Source of the DNA: a candidate division FCPU426 bacterium
Lineage (GTDB): Bacteria; Oederibacteriota; Muellerivitia; Muellerivitales; Muellerivitaceae
Direction of reading: 5' to 3'
NCBI GenBank assembly: GCA_963847625.1
Contig: CAWKAR010000026.1
Location: 76,083 to 140,082, forward strand
DNA length: 64,000 bases
The notes under the pieces are model-generated. The model saw only the letters and a program-made list of their open reading frames with translations, did not search any database and was not told the DNA's origin. A program made the position numbers and the translations under genes. How positions within the stretch are numbered: the first letter of the stretch is position 1; each line of letters starts with the position of its first letter. Below, in pieces: positions 1 to 11,943 of this stretch.

Positions 1-740
1 TTGAATAAAAAAAAGAAGAGGAACACCAAGAGCCCGGCGTAAAAACCGATAATCCCCGCCTTGCTTCCCGTCCAAATCAAAGCCAGGAAACTCACCAGGG
101 TCAGGGACAACCAAAGGATCTTGGTGCTGGGTTGCGCGGCCTTGAAGTACAGGGCCAAAGCGATGGGCCAAACCATTAATAGGTACCCGGCCAGGAAGTC
201 GGGGTTCCCCAATCCGGCTGTGACCCTTCCATGGAATTGCTCCTGGACGATCTGCAGCCAGACGCCCCCGCCCGCCCCGAATGCCTGCAACACGGCCCAA
301 AGGGCTGTCACCAGGGCGCTCACGAGAAAAACGATCAGAATGTTCTCGGCCTTCCATAACTCGAAACACACCAATGTCACCAATAGGTACCAAATGGGAA
401 AACAAGCCCCATCCATCAGGGCGGTCCATCCCACCTTGTAATAGGGGGAAAGATGTATGGAAAGGGCGATCCAAGCCACCAAGGCCAGGAGAGGCAAAAA
501 GGCGTTGGTCCAAACCAAGACCACACGGCCCGTCAGGGATACCTTCAGGGTCCAGGCCGCCAGGATGAGGGCAACCATGACTTGGGCCAGGGCCAGCTTG
601 GGATGGATGGGGTCCGCGCCCTCGGTTTGGGTGAGGAAAGGAAGAATCGCGATGAAAAGGACCGAGAGGAAGATGGGAGCACGGTCCAGGGCCAGAGCCC
701 AGCCGTTCACCTTCATCATGGGTTGTTGGGTTTGTTCCAT
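1..740 (-). CDS. O-antigen ligase (Wzy_C/WaaL)-family membrane protein, truncated by the window edge
   Basis: Hand translation from ATG at 740 (GGAG RBS upstream) gives MEQTQQPMMK..., multiple TM segments, RVTAGLGNPDFLAGYL and ALIWTGSKAG. Absent from the ORF track because the stop lies outside the window. Confidence 0.75.
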   Translation of the reverse strand, partial: MEQTQQPMMKVNGWALALDRAPIFLSVLFIAILPFLTQTEGADPIHPKLALAQVMVALILAAWTLKVSLTGRVVLVWTNAFLPLLALVAWIALSIHLSPYYKVGWTALMDGACFPIWYLLVTLVCFELWKAENILIVFLVSALVTALWAVLQAFGAGGGVWLQIVQEQFHGRVTAGLGNPDFLAGYLLMVWPIALALYFKAAQPSTKILWLSLTLVSFLALIWTGSKAGIIGFYAGLLVFLFFFLF

Positions 741-821
741 GGTTTCTCCAAGAGGGACATTTTAGCCTCAATTCGGAAAAACGGAGGGGATTTTAAAGCC
801 TACGGAGAAGACAAAAGCAAT

Positions 822-990
822 TAGCCATGGATGCACGAGATGAATGGGATGGATTCACAACACCATTAAAACTTTAAGAAATTTTTCTCAGAAAATCTTT
901 AAACGATTTTATTGATTTGGAATTAACCAATGAATCCCAAGCATACCGAACTTCCATAACTACTTTTGGTGAATCGGCACATCCGTGGCA
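822..990 (+). repeat. Diverged copy of the intergenic palindromic repeat (TAGCCAyGGATGCA ... ATCCGTGGC)
   Basis: TAGCCATGGATGCA at 822 and ATCCGTGGCA at 981-990 match the inverted pair of the copies at 52.5, 61.2 and 62.2 kb; AT-rich interior. Confidence 0.6.
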
Positions 991-1018
991 AATAGATTTT
1001 TGGTGGGATTTTCAAAGT

Positions 1019-2056
1019 TTAAACGAATTCAACGCCTTTTTTGCCCTTGATGACTTCCCCGACCACGCGCGGGTAGGCGCCGTTTTTGCGGAGCTTCTTG
1101 ATGGCCTTTTCGGCCTTCTTGGCGCTGACGATCAAGATCATTCCCAAACCCATATTGAAGGTCCGGTAGGCATCCTCTTTGGGCACGTTCCCCTTTTTGA
1201 TCAGCCATTCCATGATGGGAAGTACCCGCCAGGAACCTTCCTTGAAGCGGATGCGGCAGCCCTCGGGCAAAACCCTGGGCGGGTTGTCGATCAGGCCCCC
1301 GCCGGTGATGTGGGCCATAGCCTTGATGTTCACCTCGGACAGGACGGGATAGATTTCCCGGAAATAGGATTTGTGGGGAATCAGCAGGATATCCCCGATG
1401 ACACCCTTAAGTTCCGGCACGCGGTCGGTAAACTTCAGTCCGGCTATTTCGGTCACTATTTTTCGGGCCAGGGAATAGCCATTCGTGTGAAGCGACACCG
1501 AAGGAAGTCCGATGCAAACGTCGCCCGGTTTGACCTCATCCCCCCGGATGATCTTCTTCTTTTCCACGACACCCACGATTGTCCCCGCGATGTCATAGTC
1601 CCCTTCCTTGTAAACCGACGGCATTTCGGCGGTTTCGCCGCCGATCAGGGCCACGCCCGCCTTTTGGCATTCTTCCGCCATGCCGGAGACGATTTCAGCC
1701 ACCACGGAAGGGTTTAATTTCCCCGACGCGATGTAATCCAGGAAAAACAGGGGCTTGGCGCCCTGAACCAGGATGTCGTTGATGGAATGGCCCACCATGT
1801 CGCGGCCCAGGTTCCTGTACTTGCCCATGGCCACACCGATCAGGGTTTTGGTTCCTACTCCGTCGGTAGACGAGACCAGAACCGGCTTTTTGTAGTCCTT
1901 GGCTTTGAATTCATAGAGCCCGCCGAACAAGCCGATATCGGAGAGAACCGAGGAATTGAAGGTCCGCTTGACGAGGCTTTTTATCCGCCGGACGGTCTCG
2001 TTGCCCTTCTCAATGTTGACCCCAGCGTCCTTGTAGCTGACTTGTGCCAATTTCAT
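1019..2056 (-). CDS. purM: Phosphoribosylformylglycinamidine cyclo-ligase (AIR synthetase)
   Basis: SYKDAGVNI, STDGVGTK, PLFFLDY, GGETAEMP, HITGGG and TFNMGLG motifs. Confidence 0.97.
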   Translation of the reverse strand: MKLAQVSYKDAGVNIEKGNETVRRIKSLVKRTFNSSVLSDIGLFGGLYEFKAKDYKKPVLVSSTDGVGTKTLIGVAMGKYRNLGRDMVGHSINDILVQGAKPLFFLDYIASGKLNPSVVAEIVSGMAEECQKAGVALIGGETAEMPSVYKEGDYDIAGTIVGVVEKKKIIRGDEVKPGDVCIGLPSVSLHTNGYSLARKIVTEIAGLKFTDRVPELKGVIGDILLIPHKSYFREIYPVLSEVNIKAMAHITGGGLIDNPPRVLPEGCRIRFKEGSWRVLPIMEWLIKKGNVPKEDAYRTFNMGLGMILIVSAKKAEKAIKKLRKNGAYPRVVGEVIKGKKGVEFV

Positions 2057-2127
2057 CTCCTATATAAGTTTTAGGAAGTGGTTATTCTGACTTGAGAGCG
2101 GTTCATTTTCCACATATTTGGTGTTAA

Positions 2128-2364
2128 TTATACAGTTCGGTCAAATCCGGAAGATTTTTCAGGTTGTGCCGGAGGGGAAGAATCAGGTTTCTGAGTTTCG
2201 CCATTTGAATTGATAAACTCATCCAGTTCCTTGCGATTGCGGTGCAAAAGGTTGAACAAATACCGGGAGTATTGCGTAAAACGCCGGCGGCGCGCACCTA
2301 CAATACTGGCAGGAGGCGAAGAAGTAACCGGATCAACCGGAGGAAACGGATCATCTTCCGACAT
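2128..2364 (-). CDS. Small hypothetical protein (78 aa), paralog of 3931..4170
   Basis: GAGGTG RBS 5 nt before ATG; shares N-terminal DP-x-x-P-[VI]-DPV and C-terminal SSGFD-x-x-[VA] with the second ORF. Confidence 0.65.
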   Translation of the reverse strand: MSEDDPFPPVDPVTSSPPASIVGARRRRFTQYSRYLFNLLHRNRKELDEFINSNGETQKPDSSPPAQPEKSSGFDRTV

Positions 2365-2509
2365 CTAAGCACCTCAGCTTGGAATTCAGCGGTTTTGAGT
2401 AGTTACGACTACAAAGTAAACCCTTTCTACTCTAAAATCAAACCCTTGCCGGCAATCGCGAAAGTTATGTAATCATGATTCAATACTTCTTCTTTTAGGA
2501 GAATGAATT

Positions 2510-3862
2510 TTGACCCGTTTGAACAAGCTCACAAGATTCCTTCTGTTATGCGGGGTTACCTTTGGCCTTTGGGCTTTATCCCACGCGCAAAACGCCCAGG
2601 AAACCCCGTCCAAGGATGTTTCCAGCCTGCGTCAATTCGCCTATGGAAAATCCGGCGAATGGCTTTATGAAAGCCTTCAAACCATCCACCTCCCCAAAAC
2701 CCGCCCTTTGAGATTGACTGAGAGAAGATTCACCCTTCCCGTGGATTGGAACCTCCAAACCCGTGAAAACAAGGAAGGATTTCCTTTTTCCAGCCTCCGC
2801 GCCGTGGATTATTCCCTCAATTCCAAATCGGCGACCGCCTACCTTGCCGGATTCAAGACGAAATATTACTCAAATGCCGGCAACCTCTTTGACCAATATG
2901 AAAACCGCCTCAAGATTTCCAAACATCTGACCTCCGGGCAGAAAAAAATCATCCTGGAGCAAGACGACCAAATGAGAGACCGCTCGATGGTTTTTTACCT
3001 CGCCTTCAAAAGAACCCAGGTACAGTTCGTTTATTACCCCGGCAAAATCCAGTTCAAGGGCGGCGACCGGGATCATATGGAAAAATGGCTCACCGACGTG
3101 CCGGAGGATATTCGGAAAGGGGTTAGGAAAGATTATGCCTTGATCCAGGACTCCCACGGTCTTCTTTCCATCTTCAACGGGACTTTTGAAAGTATCGACA
3201 ATTTCGTGAAGTGGAATGAACCGGGCGGGGCCAGGCGGTATGGCGGGTTGGGATACGATTTCACAACGTTGAAAGAACCCCAGGATGAAATGGCCACCTT
3301 CGCCTTATATAAGAAAGGCCGAGTGGCGTTGGGGACTTATAAAAACCTTCCCCAGAAAGAAGAAATCCGCACATTCGTGCAAAACAGGTTCATGGTCATA
3401 GAAAACGGAAAACTCGCCAAGGATGCCGATCCCGACGCCTTCTGTGAGTTCCATGACAATATCGCCCGTTCCTATCTATTCACTGATAAGTACAACCGGA
3501 TCGGCTACATCTGGACGATGTACACCCCGGCCAACGTGCTGGCGCCCATCGCGCTGAAAATGGGCATTGAAAACATGATGCTATTGGATATCCACGCCCC
3601 CGTGAGTTGTTCCATTGCCGACCCTGCCGGGCCTTTGGTCTTTTCCACATGGCGGGACTACATGAACCGGTCCATCGACTTGGTGCCGAATTTCTTCAAG
3701 CTCTCTCCCATGAAATCCTCGATCACCTGGCTATCCACCGCGTTGCAGAGCCGGATCCAATCGCATTATTCCAAGGAGGCGTTCGAACTGGGTTCCGAGT
3801 CTTATTTCGGTGTTTTCCTGAGGGGTTCGCCCGAGGCGAAACGAATGAGGGAGATACCTTAA
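2510..3862 (+). CDS. Exported hypothetical protein (450 aa), possibly a distant phosphodiester glycosidase (NAGPA)-like fold
   Basis: AGGAG RBS, TTG start and signal peptide ending in SHA; the C-terminal ARSYLF...LAPIALKMGIENMMLLD loosely resembles the NAGPA-domain pattern. Confidence 0.6.
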   Translation: MTRLNKLTRFLLLCGVTFGLWALSHAQNAQETPSKDVSSLRQFAYGKSGEWLYESLQTIHLPKTRPLRLTERRFTLPVDWNLQTRENKEGFPFSSLRAVDYSLNSKSATAYLAGFKTKYYSNAGNLFDQYENRLKISKHLTSGQKKIILEQDDQMRDRSMVFYLAFKRTQVQFVYYPGKIQFKGGDRDHMEKWLTDVPEDIRKGVRKDYALIQDSHGLLSIFNGTFESIDNFVKWNEPGGARRYGGLGYDFTTLKEPQDEMATFALYKKGRVALGTYKNLPQKEEIRTFVQNRFMVIENGKLAKDADPDAFCEFHDNIARSYLFTDKYNRIGYIWTMYTPANVLAPIALKMGIENMMLLDIHAPVSCSIADPAGPLVFSTWRDYMNRSIDLVPNFFKLSPMKSSITWLSTALQSRIQSHYSKEAFELGSESYFGVFLRGSPEAKRMREIP

Positions 3863-3930
3863 ACATCACGATAAAGTTAATTCTTACTTTTCTTTTTGGG
3901 TTTAATTCTCAGAGATTCCGGTAATCATTT

Positions 3931-4170
3931 TCAGGCCTCGACGTCAAATCCCGAGGAAGGCCCATCCCCATGGGAATCAGGAGGCCGGTTGGACTGATTT
4001 CCCTCTTTTATCCTTCTTTCCTTCCTCAGCTTCCGCCGGCGCATGATCATCTGGTACCGAAGGTACCGGGCCAAGGGGCGCAGGGGTCGAAGGATAAAAT
4101 CCCTGGCATTACGGTTGGGATCGGAATTCGCGACCGGGTCAATGGGTGTGATGGGATCTTCGTGGGGCAA
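3931..4170 (-). CDS. Small hypothetical protein (79 aa), paralog of 2128..2364
   Basis: GAGGTG RBS before TTG; EDPITPIDPV start, Arg-rich core, SSGFDVEA end. Confidence 0.65.
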   Translation of the reverse strand: MPHEDPITPIDPVANSDPNRNARDFILRPLRPLARYLRYQMIMRRRKLRKERRIKEGNQSNRPPDSHGDGPSSGFDVEA

Positions 4171-4226
4171 ACGACACCTCGCTGCTCTTCGTCATGGATA
4201 AACATCACTGACACCGTCAATTGTAA

Positions 4227-4300
4227 CATCGGAATCTGATTTTCCTCCATTTACAAAACCCAGTCCCAGGGCTAAATTAACCCGACGAATTATTCCGATG
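4227..4300. promoter_or_regulatory. Back-to-back sigma-28 (FliA/SigD)-like promoter candidates
   Basis: Minus strand TAAA(4253-4250)-N16-TCCGATGT; plus strand TAAA(4273-4276)-N17-TCCGATGA; consensus is TAAA-N15/16-GCCGATA. Confidence 0.35.
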
Positions 4301-4317
4301 AATTCGAAGGAACAACC

Positions 4318-5580
4318 TTGGCCGAGAAAAACCCCAACCTGAAATGGACGGTCATCTACCTGGTTGTTTGTTTCCTTCCGGTCCTAGCGTTTTTCCTTTC
4401 CACCCAAGCGGCCGGGATCATTCACCACCGGGTGGTGAATAATTACCTGATTTACGCCCCGGATTTATGCCTTCTTTTAGTGGCCATCCTGGGCTGGCAG
4501 ATCAATCAAACCCGCGCTTTCTGGGCCTCCCTGGCCCTTTGGGGGCTGTACCACTACCTGCTCCAACCCACCTCCTTATTCGCGTTGGAAACGACCAGGG
4601 TCAAGTCCTTCGAGATCACCGCGGTGGCCTTTCCCCTTTTCCTGGCCATTCTTTTCTCGATCAAGGAAAGCAAGCTTTTCAGCGACCAAACCCTGACCCG
4701 CCTTCTCCTGGCCCTATGCCCCTTCATTTTCCTCACGGCCCTTTACGCATGGGCTCCCGACATCCCCCCAAAAGTCTTTTTCTGGAACATCCTTTCGAGC
4801 AAGTTCGCAGTCTGGCCCGATGTCACCCTTCTTTCCCTGGCCATCCTGGGTCTGGTCTTTTTTTTCATGGATGACGCCAAGATCAAGCCGTTCTTGACCG
4901 CCATCCTCACCACCCTGATCCCGCTTTACCTGGCCCTCTACGTGAGCCTCATCCCGGGGGCGGTCACCCTGAAAACCGATTCTTCCTTCCATGTGATCCT
5001 TTCCATGACCGCCCTTTCGGCGGTCCTGCTCCATTCCATCCTCCATACCTATTGGCGCCGGGTGTACCTGGACGCCTTGACTGGCATCCCGAACCGACAG
5101 GCCCTGGATGAGCGGCTCCACACCCTGAGCGGAGCCTATGCCCTGGCCATGGTGGACATCGACCACTTCAAGAAGTTCAACGACACCTACGGCCACGAGG
5201 AGGGGGATAACGTCCTGAGGATGGTGGCCCAGCACTTACAGAGCCACCTGGGCCCCAAGGCCTTCCGCTACGGGGGTGAGGAATTTTGCGTGGTTTTCGA
5301 GGGAGTTGAGACCGCTGGAGCCGAAAAACTCATGGAGGAGACACGGGAGGGGTTGGAAAAAAGGAAGTTCACGATCCGGGCCCGCCGGCGACGCAAGGGC
5401 GAGAGCGAACGGGCTTTCAAGGCCAGGGATGGAGGATCATCCCCCAAGATCACGATCAGCGTGGGGGTCGCCCTGGCGGGAGCCAAAACCACCTCCTCCC
5501 ACCAGGTCATCAAGAAGGCCGACCAAGCCCTTTACCAGGCCAAGGACAGGGGACGCAACCGCATCGTCATGGCGGAATAA
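4318..5580 (+). CDS. Membrane-anchored diguanylate cyclase (GGDEF domain)
   Basis: Multi-TM N-terminus, then DALTGIPNR, DIDHFKKFNDTYGH, RYGGEEF, TISVG and ADQALYQAK..GRN. Confidence 0.93.
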   Translation: MAEKNPNLKWTVIYLVVCFLPVLAFFLSTQAAGIIHHRVVNNYLIYAPDLCLLLVAILGWQINQTRAFWASLALWGLYHYLLQPTSLFALETTRVKSFEITAVAFPLFLAILFSIKESKLFSDQTLTRLLLALCPFIFLTALYAWAPDIPPKVFFWNILSSKFAVWPDVTLLSLAILGLVFFFMDDAKIKPFLTAILTTLIPLYLALYVSLIPGAVTLKTDSSFHVILSMTALSAVLLHSILHTYWRRVYLDALTGIPNRQALDERLHTLSGAYALAMVDIDHFKKFNDTYGHEEGDNVLRMVAQHLQSHLGPKAFRYGGEEFCVVFEGVETAGAEKLMEETREGLEKRKFTIRARRRRKGESERAFKARDGGSSPKITISVGVALAGAKTTSSHQVIKKADQALYQAKDRGRNRIVMAE

Positions 5581-5646
5581 CTGAATTTTCCCATTAATAG
5601 TTTTTAAGCAGGAATTATCTTAGAAAAGTTTGATCCCGGAAAATCT

Positions 5647-7062
5647 TCAGCACTTCTGCATTTCGAGGCTGTACTTCTCGGTTTCCTCGTCGAAAGGCAC
5701 CGGATACTTGGCCGTGAAACAGGCCGCGCAATGCCCCGACGGCGTCCCCTCCACCGCTTTCATCATCCCCGCCACCGACAAGTAGGACAGGCTGTCCACC
5801 CGAAGGTAGGTCCGGATTTCCTCCAGGCTGTGGGTGGCCGCGATAAGCTCATTCCGGCTGGGGAAATCCATGCCGTAAAAACAGGGCGAGATGATGGGCG
5901 GCGAGGTGATGCGAAGGTGGATTTGCTTGGCTCCCACGTTGCGAAGCATCTTGACGATCTTGCGCATGGTGGTTCCCCTCACGATGGAGTCATCGATCAG
6001 GATCACCCGCTTCCCCTCCAGGGATTCCTTCACCGCGTTGTACTTGAGCCTGGCACCGAAGTCCCTAATGGACTGGCTGGGCTCGATGAATGTGCGCCCG
6101 ATATAGTGGTTGCGGATGAGGCCCAGCTCATAGGGAATCCCGGATTCCTCCGCGAAACCCGTGGCGGCCATGTTGGAAGAGTCCGGCACAGGAACCACCA
6201 TGTCAGCCTCCACAAAAGACTCCTGGGCCAGGATTTGCCCCAGGCGCTTGCGGACCCTCTGGACGCTGGTGTTGTAAATGCGGGAGTCGGGCCGGGCGAA
6301 GTAGATGTACTCGAAGATGCACTGGGAATGGGTTGTCCGCTCGAAAGGCTTGATGGACACCAGGCCGTTTTCGTTGATGAGGACCATTTCCCCGGGTTCC
6401 ACGTCGCGCACGTACTTGGCGTCGATGATGTCGAAAGCGCAGGTTTCGCTCGCCAGGACCCAGCTATCCTCCAACTTGCCCAGGCTGAGGGGGCGGAAGC
6501 CGTTGGGATCCCGCACGCCGATCAGGCCGTCGTCGGAAAGCACCAGGAGCGAATAGGCGCCCCGGACCTGCTTGAGGGATTCAATCATCCCCTCGATGAG
6601 GGTATGGCTGGAGTTGCGGGCCAGAAGATGGATGATAATCTCCGAGTCCACGGTGGAGGCGAAAATGGACCCCCGGGCCTCCAACTCGTCCCGGATGCGC
6701 CTGGCGTTGACCAGGTTGCCGTTGTGGGCGACGGCGATGCTTCCGCGGGAATACTCCACCGCGATGGGTTGGGCGTTTCGAAGCTGGGAGGAGCCGGTCG
6801 TGGAATAACGAACGTGGCCGATGGCGGTTTTTCCGGGAAGTTCCTTGAAAGCCTCTTCATTGAAGATATCAGCCACCAGGCCCATGCGTTTATAGTTGGA
6901 AAGGCGGCCGTCGGTCATCGTGCAGATACCGGCTGATTCCTGGCCGCGGTGCTGGAGGGAGTGAAGGCCCAGGTAAGTGAGTTTGGCGGCCTCGGGATGG
7001 CCGTATATTCCGAAAACTCCGCACTGATCGTGCGGTTTATCCTCATCCAACCACTGTGCCAA
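5647..7062 (-). CDS. purF: Amidophosphoribosyltransferase
   Basis: Propeptide then CGVFG; QHRGQ, GHVRYST and DDSIVRGTT; Fe-S cysteines (CFYG, CAAC). Confidence 0.97.
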   Translation of the reverse strand: MAQWLDEDKPHDQCGVFGIYGHPEAAKLTYLGLHSLQHRGQESAGICTMTDGRLSNYKRMGLVADIFNEEAFKELPGKTAIGHVRYSTTGSSQLRNAQPIAVEYSRGSIAVAHNGNLVNARRIRDELEARGSIFASTVDSEIIIHLLARNSSHTLIEGMIESLKQVRGAYSLLVLSDDGLIGVRDPNGFRPLSLGKLEDSWVLASETCAFDIIDAKYVRDVEPGEMVLINENGLVSIKPFERTTHSQCIFEYIYFARPDSRIYNTSVQRVRKRLGQILAQESFVEADMVVPVPDSSNMAATGFAEESGIPYELGLIRNHYIGRTFIEPSQSIRDFGARLKYNAVKESLEGKRVILIDDSIVRGTTMRKIVKMLRNVGAKQIHLRITSPPIISPCFYGMDFPSRNELIAATHSLEEIRTYLRVDSLSYLSVAGMMKAVEGTPSGHCAACFTAKYPVPFDEETEKYSLEMQKC

Positions 7063-7085
7063 AGGAAACTCCTTAAAAACTTAGG

Positions 7086-9310
<2,225 letters not shown>

Positions 9311-9314
<4 letters not shown>

Positions 9315-10009
9315 TTCGAGGCCGCCATGGCGGAAAGGATGGAATCCCAGATGAATTTGCCGTCGCTGCTTCCCAAAACGTCCTCCCCGGTCCGGTCCGG
9401 ATGGGGCATGAGCCCGAAAACGTTTCTTTTCGCGTCGCAAACGCCCGCGATGTTTTCCAGGGATCCGTTGGGGTTGGATTCCGGGTTGGTCCGGCCCTGG
9501 GGGTCGCAATATCGCACGATGACCTGCCGGTTGTCCGTGAGTTTCTTCAAGCCCTCCGGATCGATGAAGTAGTTCCCTTCCCCATGCGCGATGGGGATTT
9601 TCAAGACCTGCCCAGCCCGGCAGGAGCGCGTGAAGGGGGTGTCGGTTTGTTCCACCCGGATATAGACGTAACGGCAGCTGAATTGGAGGCTCTTGTTGCG
9701 GATCAAAGCGCCTGGAAGCAGGCCCGCCTCGCAAAGGATTTGGAACCCGTTGCAAATGCCGATCACCAGGCCGCCCTTTGCGGCAAAATCAGCGACGGAC
9801 CTCATGACGGGAGAGAAGCGGGCGATCGCGCCGGTACGCAGGTAATCGCCGTAAGAAAACCCACCCGGAACCACCACGCAATCGGGGTTCCGAAGGTCGG
9901 TGTCCTTATGCCAGACCATTTCCACCGGCTGGCCCATCACTTCCCGGATCACGTACTCGCAATCATGGTCGCAGTTGGACCCCGGAAAGACCGTCACGGA
10001 AAATTTCAT
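9311..10009 (-). CDS. purQ: FGAM synthase glutaminase subunit
   Basis: [25 protein letters not shown] and MPHP. Confidence 0.97.
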
Positions 10010-10098
10010 CGAAAGCCTCTTTTAACATTCAGGGAGTCGTTCAAAATCACGGCCAGGTGGTTCAATCCCCGAATTTCGCGGGGAATTGACGTGAAGAA

Positions 10099-10353
10099 TC
10101 ACTTCTTTTCCACCGTGAACCGGTAGGATTCGATATTGGGGTTGGCCAGGAGCTTATCACAGATCTCGTCGGCCTGTTTCTTGACCTCGGATTCGGAAAG
10201 GGCTCCGTCGAATTCTATCTCGGTGAACTTGCCCATCCGGACACCCTGGACAGAGTTGTAACCCATCTGATTCAGGGCCCTTTGCACCGTGGCCCCCTGG
10301 GGGTCCATCACTGAAGGTTTCAACGTCACGTAAACGCTCGCGTGCCAGATCAT
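10099..10353 (-). CDS. purS: FGAM synthase subunit PurS
   Basis: LKPSVMDPQG, VRMGK and LLANPNIE. Confidence 0.95.
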   Translation of the reverse strand: MIWHASVYVTLKPSVMDPQGATVQRALNQMGYNSVQGVRMGKFTEIEFDGALSESEVKKQADEICDKLLANPNIESYRFTVEKK

Positions 10354-10384
10354 TCTTTACTCCAATCAGTTCAGAAACGGGGTT

Positions 10385-11680
10385 TTAAAGAACCCCAGCC
10401 CTTTTCAGGATATAATTCACGTTCTTCAAGTGGATCGAAAGGTCGAAGCATTTTTCCACCTCCGCCGCCGTCATCCGCGCCCTCACCTCCGGGTCCTGCC
10501 GGATCAGTTCCCGGAAATCAAGTTCATTTTTCCAGGCGTTCAAGGCGTTCTTCTGGACGATGGCGTAGGCTTTTTCCCGCGTACAGCCCTTTCCCACCAG
10601 GGCCAACAAAACCTGTTGCGAGGAAACCAGGCCCCGCGTCAGGAGGATGTTGCGTTTCATGCGCTCGGGATAAACGTTCAATTTCCCGATGATGCCGATG
10701 AATTTCTCGAGCATATAGTTCAAAAGGATGGTGGCGTCAGGAAGGATGATCCGCTCCGCCGAGGAATGGGTGATGTCCCTCTCGTGCCAAAGGGCCACGT
10801 TCTCCTGGGCGCTCAAGGCGTAACCCCTCATCACGCGCGCCAGTCCCGCCACCCTTTCCGCGGTGAGGGGGTTGCGTTTGTGGGGCATGGCGGAGGATCC
10901 CTTTTGTCCCTCGGTGAAGTACTCCTCGGCCTCCAAAAGCTCGGTTCGCTGGAGGTTACGGATTTCGGTAGCGAACTTTTCCAGGGAGCAGGCGATGAGG
11001 GCCAGCACAGAGAGGAAATAAGCGTGACGGTCCCTCTGGAGGGTCTGGGTGGATATCGGGGCGGCCTTGAGCCCCAGGCTCTTGCAGACCATTTGCTCGA
11101 CCCTGGGGTCAATGTTGGCGAAAGTGCCCACGGCCCCGGAGATCTTCCCGACCGCGATGTGCTCCCGGGCCTGTTTCAGGCGCTCGATATGCCGCTGAAC
11201 CTCGCTGTACCAAAGGGCCATTTTCAACCCGAAAGTCACGGGTTCGGCATGAACCCCGTGGGTGCGGCCGATCATGATGGTGTCGCGGTGTTCCCTCGCG
11301 CGCCGTTTCAGGATGGTTCCCAAGCGGTCCAGTTGGGATAAAAGGAGGTCGGCGACCCTCACCAATTGAAGGGCCTGGGCCGTATCCACTACGTCCGTGG
11401 AAGTGAGGCCCAAATGGATGAAACGGGAGGAGGGGCCCACGAATTCGGCCACCGAAGTCAGGAAGGAAATCAGGTCGTGGTTTGTTTTTTTCTCGATGGC
11501 TTCGATTCGCTTGAGGGAAAAGCGGGCTTTTTTCTTGATGACGGCCAGGTCCTTGCGCGGAATCCGGCCCAGACGGTTCCAGGCCGCGCAAGCGGCAATT
11601 TCCACCTTGAGCCAGGACTCGAACTTGGTTTGTTCGGACCAAATCCCGCCCATTTCGGGCAAAGTGTAACGGGAAATCAA
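10385..11680 (-). CDS. purB: Adenylosuccinate lyase
   Basis: MISRY start, GRTHGVHAEP and the GSSAMPHKRNP signature. Confidence 0.97.
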   Translation of the reverse strand: MISRYTLPEMGGIWSEQTKFESWLKVEIAACAAWNRLGRIPRKDLAVIKKKARFSLKRIEAIEKKTNHDLISFLTSVAEFVGPSSRFIHLGLTSTDVVDTAQALQLVRVADLLLSQLDRLGTILKRRAREHRDTIMIGRTHGVHAEPVTFGLKMALWYSEVQRHIERLKQAREHIAVGKISGAVGTFANIDPRVEQMVCKSLGLKAAPISTQTLQRDRHAYFLSVLALIACSLEKFATEIRNLQRTELLEAEEYFTEGQKGSSAMPHKRNPLTAERVAGLARVMRGYALSAQENVALWHERDITHSSAERIILPDATILLNYMLEKFIGIIGKLNVYPERMKRNILLTRGLVSSQQVLLALVGKGCTREKAYAIVQKNALNAWKNELDFRELIRQDPEVRARMTAAEVEKCFDLSIHLKNVNYILKRAGVL

Positions 11681-11943
11681 GAAAAACCCCTTTTCGCATT
11701 ATATGGGCATCAGATGGGTAGGCGAGGAAGTGGGCGATGAAAAGCGTGATCAGTATATAAAGTCTTGCCCGTTCCACCAATAAAAAAACCCAACTCTTCG
11801 ATGATCCCTTTGACGGAAAAACCCGGCTCAGTCCGTTGAAAAGCCCAGGTTGATAATTAGGTTAAAAAAGTAACTTCGTCAAAATTTAATTGGATTTTTC
11901 CCGAATTTGTAGATAAGCAATTTCAAAAATCTATTTTTAAATT

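Noticed and set aside
9315..9755. N-terminal extension of purL in the ORF track
   Set aside because: It overlaps purQ in another frame; PurL similarity begins near 9314/9302.
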